A stretch of DNA of 45,961 bases. Origin: Octopus bimaculoides. Taxonomy: Eukaryota. Positions 22,996 to 35,188 of this stretch are shown here, piece after piece. The DNA lies in contig NC_068989.1 of NCBI RefSeq assembly GCF_001194135.2, positions 6,828,492 to 6,874,452 on the forward strand. Reading direction: 5' to 3'. The notes under the pieces were generated by a model. The model had not been told where the DNA came from, did no database searches, and saw only the letters and a program-made list of their open reading frames with translations. The position numbers were made by a program, and so were the translations under genes. Every line of letters starts with the position of its first letter. Positions within the stretch are counted from its first letter, which is position 1.

Positions 22996-23397
22996 TCTTT
23001 AGTCTTGCACTTGCTTCAGTCATTGGGCTGCACCCATGCTGGAGCACCATCTTCAAGCGAAACTACTTCAGTAACTTTTTAAAGTCTAGTACTTAGTCTT
23101 TCGGACACATCTTGCTTAACTGTTACGTAACCGGGACACACATACACCGGCATCGGTTGTCGGGCAGTGATGGGGGCCAAACACAGAAACACACACACAC
23201 GCACGCACNNNNNNNNNNNNNNNNNNNNNNNNNNNNNNNNNNNNNNNNNNNNNNNNACACACACACACACACACACACACACAAATCCACTCAGAAAGCC
23301 TTGTTAGGTCCGATGGTATAGCAAAAGACACTTGCCCCATGTGCCACCAAGTGGGAACTACGTGGTTGGGAAGTAAATTTCTGATTACACAGCCACA
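22996..23397 (-). mobile_element. SINE family B, full span, diverged, with the internal (CA)n broken by gap 23209-23256
   Basis: Tail TTCAGTCATTGGGCTGCACCCATGCTGGAGCACC, body ACACCGGCATCGGTTGTC, head ATCCACTCAGAAAGCC...AGACACTTGCCC...GTGGTTGGGAAG...ACACAGCCAC. Confidence 0.8.
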
Positions 23398-24670
23398 GCG
23401 GGTTACTTTTATTCAAAACATGGTCAACAGCAGGGAAATAATGAAATACGGACATAAATAGGACGAACATCGAAGGGAAAAGAGTGCAGGGATTTAGAAA
23501 AAGCTTAATATACATAGGAGTGCATGATTTATTTTGATGGCTAATAAAGTGATTAATACAAAGTCCCTAAATTTGGAATGGACAGCATTCGTAAATGAGT
23601 GACATTATGGGAAAATTAAGTTATTTTATTATGACGTCCATACTTCTTTTATTTTGAGAAAATAAATTTCAGTTATCAAGATGCAAACGAATCAAATTAT
23701 TAATGACTTGGAAAAATTTATGAGGATGTCTGCAAAATTTGTATGAAAATAAATATTTAATTCAACTTAAAATACCGATATAACCTAAATAAGAAATCAG
23801 TTTTGATATCAGTATCAAAATTTATGTTTAATTTACTACATAGATAGGGAAAACAATTCATTGTATATAAACACATCAAAATAGAACTAAAATTAAAGAA
23901 TATTGAAATAAACAAAGTCATTTTTCGCTTTACAGGAAAATGGTATGAAAAGTCCTGGAAGTTTAACAAATGTATGGTAAGTATATTTGGGTTGTTCTGA
24001 TAATAAATAAGTTTCTTGATGTACAACGTACATCTGGGCTTTAATCAGCATACTACACAAGTTTAAATAATTACTTATATATATATATATACACGATATA
24101 GAGTATTTATGTATATATATATATATATATATGCATGTATGTACGTACGTACACACATACAGATATGCCAATACACACACACACACACTCTCACACGTAC
24201 ATACACACACATATTAGTGGCCATCTTTCTCCAGTGTTTTACTGTCTTGTTCTCGCTATAATTAGTCTTGTGATCATATCTAGATTATATTTTGTCGTTG
24301 TCTAATATATCTTCATTTAAAACTGATATTTTATTTACCACTCTCCTGGTTGTTGACCATCAATTTATCATCTACCTAAGGGCGAAGCTTTCTCCTTACC
24401 ATTATAGAATGTTTATTTTATGATCGTTCAATAACTTCATACTAGATTTTGTTATATGTCTAGGGGAATCGTCTTGCTAAAAATTTCTTCATCCGAATTG
24501 AGCGGAAAAATTTCAAAGGTTGAAGTAAGATATTAAATCTTCAAATATATTTTTTTTATGGTTTTAAATACCTTTTATAGTTCAAAACACTCGGCACATC
24601 TTCCTGACGTATACCATAACGCTATTCTGACAAATGGTTTTTTTTTTTTGGTTTTTTTTTTCATTGTTAA

Positions 24671-25566
24671 ATCTTTTGATCTGTTATCTTTAACATGTTT
24701 TAGTCATTGGATTGCAGCCATGCTGGGGGCACTGCATTGGAGGATTACAGTCGAACAAATCGACACCGGTATTTAATATCTTGTAACATCTGGTACTTAT
24801 TCGATCGGATATCTGTTGCCGAATCGATAAATTACAGAGACATAAACAAACTAATAACGGTTGTCAGGTGATGGGAGGGGGGGGGCAGTCACAAACAAGA
24901 CACACGCATTACATGCATTCACACATACACGTATCCACTCTCAGATAGATAGACAGACAGACATCTAAATAGATAGATAGATATCTTTTACATTTTACTT
25001 GTTTCAGCTATTAGACTGCTGCCATGCTGGAGCACTACCTCGAAGCATTTTTAAAGAATGAATCGATTGGGCTTCTCAAAGAAGCTTCGGTCAGCTTAAT
25101 TTATTTACAACGCTTTGACCGGGCCGGGCCGGGGCTAAGTGTAAGATACTCACAGAAATGGCCACACAGTGAGACTGAACCTAAGACCATAAGGCTACGA
25201 AGAAAAGATTTTAGCGCAATGCCATGACTGCACCTAATTAAAGTTGCAACTGTCCATATCACGTGTTACAGTCATTACAGAACTCACAGAACAGCAATCA
25301 TGATGTCGGCATATTGATACCCGGCGCAAATCACCAAGACACAGGTAACTATTTTCCAGTACCCAGATGGCTCCGATTCCTCCATTCCAGCTAATTTTTT
25401 CTCAACTACGGGTTTATTTTAGTTTTTGTTAACTAAATCCACTCACATAACTTTGGTTGGAGGGCTCGGGTAGAAGTCATTAACCCAAAGTTCCGCGAAG
25501 TAAGAGTGAACTGAAGACCCCTGAGTTGGAAAGCAAGAATGCTAACCCCACAGCTACACCTTCGCC
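24671..25566 (-). mobile_element. Cluster of old family B SINE fragments: 3' half 24671-24905, tail 24983-25045, heads ~25130-25233 and ~25436-25566
   Basis: Recognisable tail motifs AGTCATTGGATTGCAGCCATGCTGGGGGCAC and TTTTACTTGTTTCAG...GCCATGCTGGAGCAC; head motifs ATCCACTCAC and GTTGGAAAGCAAG...CACAGCTACACC. Confidence 0.65.
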
Positions 25567-26392
25567 TAAGAGAAAATGTGCTGAATCCTGGAAGTACAGC
25601 AATACTAGGTCAACTCTATGAAAGCGGCGCATGCCCTTAACTCTTTGCTTTATTCTGAAAACCAGTTTAATATTAATGACACTAAATTGAGACCATACCG
25701 GATATTTAACTGAAAAGAACAAATACTACATTTCGATCTTAGTCAACAGACCGTGAAGAGATTGTAGAACTTGGGAGGGAGAAAAGCAAAATTGAACTGT
25801 GAGCATGATGATAAAAACTCAGAACGTGATGCAGACAAAGATAAATACTACACGGCATTTTGAATTGTTAGCTACAACCGATTATGTCATAGCACTAAAT
25901 ATTGTTATAAAATATTCTGGATATTTCTTATTTCGGCTCAAATAACATAATTTTCTGAAATATCTTTGGAGACCATTATTTCAGAATGTTGTTTTACAAT
26001 AGTTTACAAGTATACGATAATGATCGAATATTATGATTTTTAGAGGATAACCTCAGGCTTTCTGCGTATCAAACACTCCTATAAACAATGGCAGATTTAT
26101 TCCCTTAAGGAAACTGTCATGCAAGATTCAGAAAAATCATATTCTCATTGTCGTGCAATAATAATGTTACCAGAGATTATATATAGATAGAGGAAAGAAT
26201 AAATGTGTTAGGGGTACGCAAATAATTCATGCACTTACATAGACAGACAAACACACATACACGTATATACATATACACACACATACCTGCATACACACAT
26301 TCATATATATATATATATATATAAGGTGTTTCGATATGTATGTATGCATGCATGTATCTAATAATATTTCTATCAATCTATCTATCTATCAT

Positions 26393-26432
<40 letters not shown>

Positions 26433-26442
26433 NNNNNNNNNN

Positions 26443-26481
<39 letters not shown>

Positions 26482-26789
26482 TTGTATATATGTATATATA
26501 TATATATTAATATATATATATACACATGTGCATACATATATATATCCATGTATGTATACACGTATATATACGTATAGATATATATTCACTCTCTTAAGTA
26601 TATGAGCGTGTGTGAGTATGTGTATGTGTGTGTACGTGTATGTGTGTGTGTGTGCATGTGTATGTGTACATATGTATTTATGCTTGTAAACACATGAAAC
26701 ATAAACTAAGGTTTATGTTATATGTGCATGTGTATAAAAGATGAAAGCAGTCCGATTAGTCGTTGGCTGTTTTTCTACTCTCCTATTTC

Positions 26790-27140
26790 GGAGTGGCTGT
26801 GTGGTAAGTAGCTTGCTTACCAACCACATGGTTCCGGGTTCAGTCCCACTGCGTGGCATCTTGGGCAAGTGTCTTCTACTATAGCTTCGTACATATGTAT
26901 ATATTGTGCGTGCATGTGTGTGTGTGTGTTTGTGTGTCTGTGTTTGTCCCCCTAGCATTGCTTGACAACCGATGCTGGTGTGTTTATGTCCCCGTCACCT
27001 AGGGGTTCGGCAAAGAGACCGATAGAATAAGTACTAGGCTTACAAAGAATAAGTCCCGGGGTCGATTTGCTCGACTAAAGGTGGTGCCCCTGCATGGCCG
27101 CAGTCAAATGATGAAACAAGTAAAAGAGAGTGCAAAAAGA

Positions 27141-27141
<1 letters not shown>
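26790..27141 (+). mobile_element. SINE family B, young-looking, with an internal deletion
   Basis: GGAGTGGCTGTGTGGTAAGTAGCTTGCTTACCAACCACATGGTTCCGGGTTCAGTCCCACTGCGTGGCATCTTGGGCAAGTGTCTTCTACTATAGC ... GACCGATAGAATAAGTACTAGGCTTACAAAGAATAAG ... GCATGGCCGCAGTCAAATGATGAAACAAGTAAAAGAG. The CGACCAAAGCC...GAAGCCCGTC segment present in other copies is missing. Confidence 0.92.
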
Positions 27142-27179
<38 letters not shown>

Positions 27180-27416
27180 TATGACCAAATTTACATAAGT
27201 CAAAGGAAATACCAAAATGCACTGAAGGAACACGATGTGAGCTGTTCAGTTTAGAATAGCTAAAGAAGTGAAGCCTAACGAAAAATAGGTTAATGTGCAA
27301 CAGGTAAAAATTTTAAAAAACATTGCACTGAAGTCGGCAACTGTAAACCACAGAATACAGCAAATAAAAAGAATGAGTTAATGAATTGTTCTGAAATTAA
27401 GTGATTATTATCGTAG

Positions 27417-27420
27417 TTGA

Positions 27421-27457
<37 letters not shown>
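27417..27457. repeat. (GTT)n microsatellite
   Basis: Direct reading of the sequence. Confidence 0.95.
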
Positions 27458-27602
27458 AACATTGTAATCATCATCATGGTAATCGTCATCATCTAGCGAA
27501 GACTATTGGTTCATTAGATCAGGAACCACTATAGTATTTTAATTAAATGGAACTTAAGTTAATGAATTAATAATACTTATCAGAAAAGCTTAAGTACAAT
27601 TA

Positions 27603-27609
27603 CCATCAT

Positions 27610-27666
<57 letters not shown>

Positions 27667-27796
27667 CGGCGGCGGCGGCGGCGTTATCGTTATCATCCTC
27701 ATCACAATCGTCATGATTGTCATCATCATCATCATCATCATCATGAACGTCAACATCATCATGTTCATCATCATGTTCATCATCGTCATCATCATC
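27603..27796. repeat. Compound in-register trinucleotide tract (CAT)n-(CAG)n-(CGG)n-degenerate (CAT)n
   Basis: Direct reading of the sequence. Confidence 0.95.
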
Positions 27797-28187
27797 TAAT
27801 GGATAATTGTTAGTCGGATTATAAGTCTCCAATGGAATTTAAAGTCAAGGGGAGTTGGGGAAAGGTTTTAAAATCTCATTATACAAATCAAATATTCCAA
27901 GATTAAATCAGGGCTGATTTTCTCTTGTTAATTATATTTAACAATTAAAAGATTTAAAGCATTAAGGAAATTAATACATGAAAACAGAATAACGAATTGT
28001 TCTCCAAACTGGGAATTTTTTCCTTTTTGTTTTTTCTTTTTTAAATGCCGACCAGATTTAGACAGAAAAATAGGATTAAACACAGAAAGTTTAAATATAA
28101 TTAATAAGTTTTAGAAATGAAAATCAGTTTTAAAATATAACTTGTCTATTATTAAAGAGTTAAAGTAGCATCTTTCCTTTATACTTC

Positions 28188-28423
28188 ATCTTTTTCTTGT
28201 TGCAGTCATTGGACCGTGGCCATGCTGGGGCACGTCTTTGAAGATTTTCTAGTCGAACGAATCGACCCCAATACTTATTTCGGATAAGACTAGTACTTCT
28301 TTTATCTGTCTCCTATATATATATTTTTCGCTCAATAAACACTCACAATGCCCGGTCTGGGAATCGAAACCGCGATCCTATGACCACGAGTCCGCTGCCC
28401 TAACCACGGGGTCAATGCGCCTC

Positions 28424-28488
<65 letters not shown>

Positions 28489-28801
28489 NNNNNNNNNNNN
28501 NNNNNNNNNNNNNNNNNNNNNNNNNNNNNNNNNNNNNNNNNNNNNNNNNNNNNNNNNNNNNNNNNNNNNNNNNNNNNNNNNNNNNNNNNNNNNNNNNNNN
28601 NNNNNNNNNNNNNNNNNNNNNNNNNNNNNNNNNNNNNNNNNNNNNNNNNNNNNNNNNNNNNNNNNNNNNNNNNNNNNNNNNNNNNNNNNNNNNNNNNNNN
28701 NNNNNNNNNNNNNNNNNNNNNNNNNNNNNNNNNNNNNNNNNNNNNNNNNNNNNNNNNNNNNNNNNNNNNNNNNNNNNNNNNNNNNNNNNNNNNNNNNNNN
28801 N

Positions 28802-28840
<39 letters not shown>

Positions 28841-29006
28841 CGGTCTCCTTTTAGTTTAGTTTCCGTCCAGCAAATCTACTTCCAAGGCTGTAGTCGGCCT
28901 GGCCTTATAGTACAAGACACTTGCCCAAAGTGCCACAGAGTGGGACTGATCCTGGAACCATATAGCTGGAAAGTAAATCTCTTGCCACACTACCATGCTT
29001 GTGCCT
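28188..29006 (-). mobile_element. SINE family B split into tail (28188-28313) and head (28839-29006) around a family C head, microsatellite and gap
   Basis: Tail GCAGTCATTGGACCGTGGCCATGCTGGGGCAC...AATCGACCCCA...CTAGTACTT; head GACGG...TTCCGTCCAGCAAATCTAC...AAGACACTTGCCCAAAGTGCCAC...GGAACCAT. Same strand and correct order, but the gap prevents proof of continuity. Confidence 0.7.
28325..28424 (-). mobile_element. SINE family C head (tRNA-like part)
   Basis: TTTTCGCTCAATAAACACTCAC...CCCGGTCTGGGAATCGAAACCGCGATCC...GAGTCCGCTGCCCTAACCAC...ATGCGCCTCC, nearly identical to 33580-33680. Confidence 0.9.
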
Positions 29007-31104
29007 GTATTTCTATATATTGATGAAGAATACCGAGGGAGTGTATCATAGATTAAAACTGGTGGAACAACATCAACAGCATATAGAACTCGAACGATTG
29101 ACCAACATAGTATAAAATCAGAACAGCAGAAGTAATATGATGTTTAATTTGCATATGAATTTGTTTGAGGTTTTTAAGTTTAGTCACCTAATATTCTTAA
29201 GAACAATGTATATTAGAATCTAACGAAGGTACAAGCAATACGTTAATTTTGAATTCTTAAGTAATCAACCGTTGCCTTCACATGTAATCTCCTCTCGTTA
29301 TATTATTGTTGTTGCTCAATATAAATACAGTCGCCACCCGCTATCAACGGAGTCAGATTGACTATCAGCTGAATACCATTGTTGAGACTATAATTTGAAC
29401 CAAATCTTGCTCTTTATGCATCGGAATTTGCAGACATTTCTACAAAATTTTGTTAAAATTCTGGTGTCTCACAAATTTTCGTCTCTATCCACTTCTCTCG
29501 CTAGCCTTTTCCTAGAAAGAATCAATTTTATTTTACAACGGAGATAATTTTTTTTTTACTTATCGAAGGATATTAAGATTTATGGGAGAGAAACTATGAT
29601 TAAGAGAAACAGATTAATAAAAGTGAGAATATATTGCGAGAATTTATGAGTCGTCTGCTTCTGTGAAAGGAAATAAGTGTGAATAAAAGTAGCAAAGGGA
29701 CAGCTCGAAAGGAAGCAATAATAAATAACACTATACGATATTGTAATGGTAAAATATTATGGATAAACTAACACATATATATACATGCATATATGGGTAC
29801 AGGACGTCACCAACAGTGCAGTGCAAATAACATACAGACGAGAGTTAGATATAAGACGTGGACAGTAATTACAGGACAAAAACGAGTGAAATACGTAAAC
29901 AAACTAAGAGAAAACTAGTGAAATATATACATATATACATACATGCATACGTATAAAATATACATATATATTCTAATAGGTATGGAAGTATAATATATAT
30001 AAACTAAAATTGATCTTGCAATTAGCGGATGATATCTTCTTTGAATTTGGTTACTAGTAGATACTAGGTACTGATGAAGCCCAAAAAAGCAGAAATACGA
30101 TTTTAACCATGGCATCACCGCTGCTGAACAACTTTCGTCAGTAGCTGATATAGTTTTGCACTTTTAACCGTATATGTCTATGAAAAATGTCATCTCGAGA
30201 CAAGTACCGCAGTTTATCAACCTTTCAGTGATGCATAAACTTCGAGTGTGTACACAGTTTGCTGTTTTCACCTTTTGAACTTTTAAACTAATAATTCTTC
30301 TGTCGCTCATAGCGACAAAACTTCACAAGGCATCTCTTCGACTTTGACATAACCGATGATCTGACAGAAGTGATCTTTTGCAACAATATGAAGGTTTATG
30401 AATGTTTTAAAATGGTGCAATGGTAACTCTTTAGTAAATCTTCAAATAAAATTTTAAAGCTGATGGCACAGGAGGTTATAAGCTTTTGTAGTTAATGGAA
30501 TCAATTGGATAATACTATTGACTACCGACGAAAACCTATATTGAAACATAGAAAATGGGTACAATAACGTTGAATGAAACTGTATAAAACGAATCACAGT
30601 GCATTGATACCGGCTAATAGTTATATTTTCAGGAACGGAAAAATTTCATACAAAACTTTCTTCAGAAATTAAGAATTTCTAAAGCAAAGGAATGTGAATC
30701 AAGAAATCATGAGAAATTTTATGCAAAAGCAAATTAGTATCACAAATAATTAAGAAGAAATTATACGAAAAAGGAAGTGAAAAAGTGATTGTGTAAGGGA
30801 AACCAAAAGGAGACGAGATTGGTTGAAAACAGACGACAGTGATATGTTAAGTCTTCATGACACACTTTAGCTATATACACTCACAATATGTATGCAGTGT
30901 ATGTATGTGCGTGTGAACGTGTTTATGTGTGTCTGTCTATGTATTAATGTGTGTGTGTATCTATACATATATATACATATTTATATATATATAGAATCTA
31001 TATGTGTGCGTGTGTGTATGTATTTGTATATGTATGTATGAATGTATGTAGGTATATAAGTCCTTTATCTAATTCATGTTTTCCAGTCGCCTAAACTTCT
31101 CTCG

Positions 31105-31135
<31 letters not shown>

Positions 31136-31240
31136 TGTGTGTGTGCGCGCGTGTGTGTATGTGTGAGTGTGCGTGCGTGAGTGTGAATGAGAAGAGGAGG
31201 AAAGATAGAGGCCGTTAGAAATCATGCGTTAGATAGAAGG

Positions 31241-31305
31241 AAAGAAAGAAAGAAAGAAAGAAAAAGAAAGAAAGAAAGAAAGAAAAAGAAAGAAAGAAAG
31301 AAAGA
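31241..31305. repeat. (AAAG)n microsatellite
   Basis: Direct reading of the sequence. Confidence 0.95.
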
Positions 31306-31412
31306 ATAAAGTCGAATGGAGAGTGCGAGTATAAAACAATTGTACGTTACTTGTTGAGTTCAATGAAAGCAACAATAATACGGACACATGAAAACAATAG
31401 TTGGTCAAAATA

Positions 31413-31600
31413 GTTGGTCTGATCCAATAAGTATGCGGACTGTTACCATAGTAACGAAGCTAAAGTGAAGCCGTTTGGCACAGCTTCACCTTGCATGTGC
31501 ACTAAATGTTTTTTCTCAGTTCTACTGGTTGCGCGTCTCCCAAAACTACTTTAACTTTGTTACTATTGCAACAGTCCGGGTACTTATTGATCAGACCTCG
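31413..31600. mobile_element. Mariner-type MITE, ~188 bp, with ~50-bp terminal inverted repeats
   Basis: Left GGTCTGATCCAATAAGTATGCGGACTGTTACCATAGTAACGAAGCTAAAG (31416-31465) versus reverse complement of the right end GGTCTGATCAATAAGTACCCGGACTGTTGCAATAGTAACAAAGTTAAAG (31549-31597): 6 mismatches and 1 indel. TA lies at 31411-31412. The right terminus CAGACCTCG is typical of mariner (TA)CGAGG.. ends. Confidence 0.85.
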
Positions 31601-31813
31601 AATTAGAAGGAATTTTTTTAATAATCAGACATTTCAAAGTTGGGACAATATTTTCGTGTGCGAGTTATAATAATAGCTTTTAAGTAAAAAGGATATTTAT
31701 AACCTATATCATGGGGAACCATGTATAAGAAATTAATGTAATGCAAGAACTGTATAAGGATAAAAAGAACGCGACTGGTGGAAGGAACCAACAGATTGAA
31801 GGGAAATCAATAT

Positions 31814-31955
31814 GATGGGTGAGCTGACAGAATTGTTCACCGGGCGAAATGCTTGGCGGTATTTCATCGACTTTGTCTTTGATACTTTCAGGGTGAGTAA
31901 AGAAAGTACCATTTCAGAGTACTGGAGTCGATGTAATCGACTCAACTGCTCCTGA
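31814..31955 (+). mobile_element. SINE family A, internally deleted and diverged
   Basis: GGTGAGCTGACAGAATTGTT...CCGGGCGAAATGCTTGGCGGTATTTC...GACTTTGTCTTT...GTACC...GTACTGGAGTCGATGTAATCGACT. Confidence 0.8.
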
Positions 31956-32630
31956 ATATGAGTATAAATAAAATGCCAAGTTTGGCAGAGTAGGCGAATC
32001 AAACCAGTATGATCTCCAGCTCAAATTCCCGGCCTTCCATTCAGACCGTGGTGGGTGGAGCGAACATGCAGAGGCCTTCGTCCTACAGGTGACCGAACAT
32101 GGGCAATCTAATTCAATCCAAAACAATAAACATTCCCGTCATCTGTAAAGTAAGAGCGTGCACAAGAGAGGTATATTTATATTCATAATCGTTTCGATAG
32201 GAAATGCCTCGAAAGAAAAAAAATATCATGAATGTCAGCAACAGTTCCAGAATTCAGATTTTTACGAGCTTCAATTCCATTTGAGAACTCATAAATGTTT
32301 ACTATGCATTTTCAGATTTATGACTCCTTTAATCAGAGTTTATCTCTCTTTACATCCCAACGCTCTTAGATCTAAATTCATAGACCACACACAAAGAAAT
32401 TACCAGATTAAAAACCATTGTGTAAAATTGTTCTTTTTTTAAATTTTCTAGGGCATAAAATATTGCTTTTGTGCGTGTGATCCATGATTCTCACATTCTT
32501 GAATATGGTGACATATACGTATATCTTAATTCGTACAATTTGAAAATGCCATAGAAAGAAAATTATAAAATTGTATGGCAATATATGTGTAACTATCCGG
32601 TTATACTCTATATATGTATTCATACATATA

Positions 32631-33290
32631 CAGGGTGTTCGAGCTAAATTTGACGATTTTGTTGTCTCCTTTTTTTCAGGAACACCTTGATGTATCGGTG
32701 AAATGTCAACGGCGTTGGAGGGTAGAAATATCCGAGCTGTAGTTGAGAAAAAGTTAGCTGACATAGAGGACTGAAAGGCATGTGATTATTGGAAAAGAGT
32801 TACCTGTATTGTGATGATTCGCGCTGCGTATGAAAACGATGACCTCATGACTGCAGCTTAGTGATCTGCAAAGACATGACATGGACAAGTACAACGGATA
32901 CTACAAAGTCGTGACCAGCAGGAGGGAGCACAGCAGACATTTTGAATGCATCCTCGCGCCGAAATTTCAGGACAATGTGATGGAAGATCCGAGCAAGTGA
33001 ATGCCGGTTTTGACCAGAGAAATGGGTGTTAGAATCGTTACCATGTAACTAACCCTAAATGAGGACCTTCGCTACCACTCGTACAAGAGGTACAAGGGTC
33101 AAATTCTGGCAGCAAAATCCAAAGAGGAATGTTTGACGGATGCAAAAAAGCTGCTGAACCACCTGTGGAATCTTTTGAGCCGGGGATGACCTGGTTCTTC
33201 TCAAATGAAAAGAACTGCCGGAGCCAGTTGCACAACAGCCAGAGCAACATGTGATTTCCGACAATCCATATGATGTCTTATAATGCATAG
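32631..33290 (+). mobile_element. Tc1/mariner DNA transposon, left end plus decayed transposase 5' part
   Basis: Begins TA|CAGGGTGTTCGAGCTAAATTTGACG (CAGGGTG-type TIR after TA). Translation from ~32790 gives WKRVTCIVMIRAA...MEDPSK*MPVLTREMGV...LNEDLRYHSYKRYKGQIL...KKLLNHL / EPGMTWFFSNEKN..SQLHNSQ, which contains the HTH region and the first catalytic motif (W.FSDEK, here D>N at 33192-33212). Multiple stops and frameshifts; no right TIR found. Confidence 0.8.
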
Positions 33291-33390
33291 AAACATGGCA
33301 TATTTTCCTTTTAAATTACTGTTCTTGCTTCGACTTATGCACGACAGATAAGTTTCTCTGCCGTTTCTCTGTAAAACATTTTTTTAATTT

Positions 33391-33680
33391 ATGCACCCTT
33401 TTCAAGCCTAGCCATGCTCATGGGCCCGGTTTCCCGGTTTCTATGGCGTATGTGGACGGGACGCCAGTCCATCGCAGCGTTACTCAAGAAACAGGAAGAA
33501 AGAATGAGAGAAAGTTGTGGCGAAAGAGTACAACAGGGGTCGCCACCACCCCCTGCCGGATCCTCGTGGAGCTTTAGGTGTTTTCGCTCAATAAATACAC
33601 ACACCGCCCGGTCTGGGAATCGAAACCGCGATCCTCCGACCGCGAGTCCGCTGCCCTAACCACAGGGCCATTGCGCCTCC
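33391..33680 (-). mobile_element. SINE family C, full-length-looking, tRNA head plus V-domain-like core
   Basis: Minus strand GGAGGCGCAATGGCCCTGTGGTTAGGGCAGCGGACTCGCGGTCGGAGGATCGCGGTTTCGATTCCCAGACC (A-box and B-box-like) ... GCTGCGATGGACTGGCGTCCCGTCC ... TAGAAACCGGGAAACCGGGCCC. The latter resembles the V-SINE domain as I recall it. Confidence 0.88.
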
Positions 33681-35188
33681 ACTCAGTAAGGCATTATATG
33701 TTTTTAAATATCCTCACAAAGAATTTCTCGCTATCCTTTATTTACACAAGTGAAATCATTAGCAATTGGATCCTTCCTGTTTTTCCTGCCAGCAACAAGT
33801 CATAGCAGTTCACCTAAATAGCAGACTTCATAGAATGCACCTTTCTCATGGCACCTCCAAAGTTTTTGTATACGGCCTCAGCTTCCTTGAATTTGATAAA
33901 TGTGAACACAATTTCTTTTTAATGCTTTTCCAGTAATCTGTTCTGATTATATTTATACTATACAAAATTTACATCAAATAAATAACAAAGCCATTTTGGT
34001 CATTACGTCATGTCTAAGGATCAAATAAAGTATTCAAACAATTTAAACACTGCCTGAACTGATGTTATATCATTTCTGAATTGTTTTTAACTCTGTTTCA
34101 GCAAGCATCGTTCAGCAAGCATCGTTTATTGATGTGGAAGTTTATGATGTCACTTATTAGTTTTATGTTTGTTTTCCGTTTTATATCTAAAGTTCGGATC
34201 TCTTTAAGTATCTAATCAAGCATTCCAAATGTTGGCACCACTATTAGTACAGAGAAGAGATTATGGTCAATTTATTTATCGGTTACCAAAGATCAAACTA
34301 CCATATGTTTTAGTTCAAAAGTAGTATTTATTCTCCAGTTATCAATTGTTTATTCTAAACACTGTAATAGGATATGCTTTCATAAATTCCACACAATTTG
34401 TTAACTGTTTAATATTGGGAAGATATTAAGGCCGTCAGATGATAACCGTTTTAGATAGGTAGATAAATATATACATTGTATTGCTTATAAATATATTTGT
34501 GTGCTTTAGTGTATATATATAATGGTATATAACTAAACATTATATATCGGTATATATGTATATATATATGTATATATATGCGTATAAGGGGATATAATTA
34601 AAAAGTAACAACCGTCAGATAATAATGAAACGCCAAACATGAAAAGCAAACGGGCATTTATTACTTTTATGATAAATAATCACGTCCCTCGTGGGTGTTT
34701 TTTGGTGAATTCTTTTTGCTGTAAGCAAATCGGAGTAAATCCAGATCTGATGAAAATATCCCCCTTCCTGTGTTTATCTTTATCAGAGATCACGACCCCC
34801 TCTACCTCTACACTAATCTTCATCCACTGATAAAGCATATTTAAAAAAAAAAAACAGAAAGAAACTTAAGGGAGATTTGAGATATTTAACGCGGCACAAT
34901 CAGAAAAGCTATATTCTTTGGCCAACGTAACTTCACCAAACTTCATAATTTTTACAAAATGCAAACACTACAATATAAAACTTAAATACTACTACAACTA
35001 CTACTATTACTAATAATAATAATAATAATNNNNNNNNNNNNNNNNNNNNNNNNNNNNNNNNNNNNNNNNNNNNNNNNNNNNNNNNNNNNNNNNNNNNNNN
35101 NNNNNNNNNNNNNNNNNNNNNNNNNNNNNNNNNNNNNNNNNNNNNNNNNNNNNNNNNNNNNNNNNNNNNNNNNNNNNNNNNNNNNNNN

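Noticed and set aside
25281-25344. Possible micro-exon (TTACAG ... ACAG|GTAACT); similar AG..GT window at 2241-2273
   Set aside because: No polypyrimidine tract, no recognisable peptide and no partner exons.
27580-27832. Poly-Met/Leu and poly-Asp/Ala ORFs on the minus strand
   Set aside because: Translations of the trinucleotide tract with no non-repetitive protein context.
30067-30108. CTGATGA...GAAA hammerhead-like string
   Set aside because: Core words are present, but helix II is only 2 bp with a bulge and helix I pairs poorly; not distinguishable from chance or extreme decay.
34097-34124. 14-bp tandem duplication TTCAGCAAGCATCG x2 (also CTGGAATGGTAG twice near 15287-15323)
   Set aside because: Ordinary slippage duplications; only two units and no spacer pattern, so not CRISPR-like.
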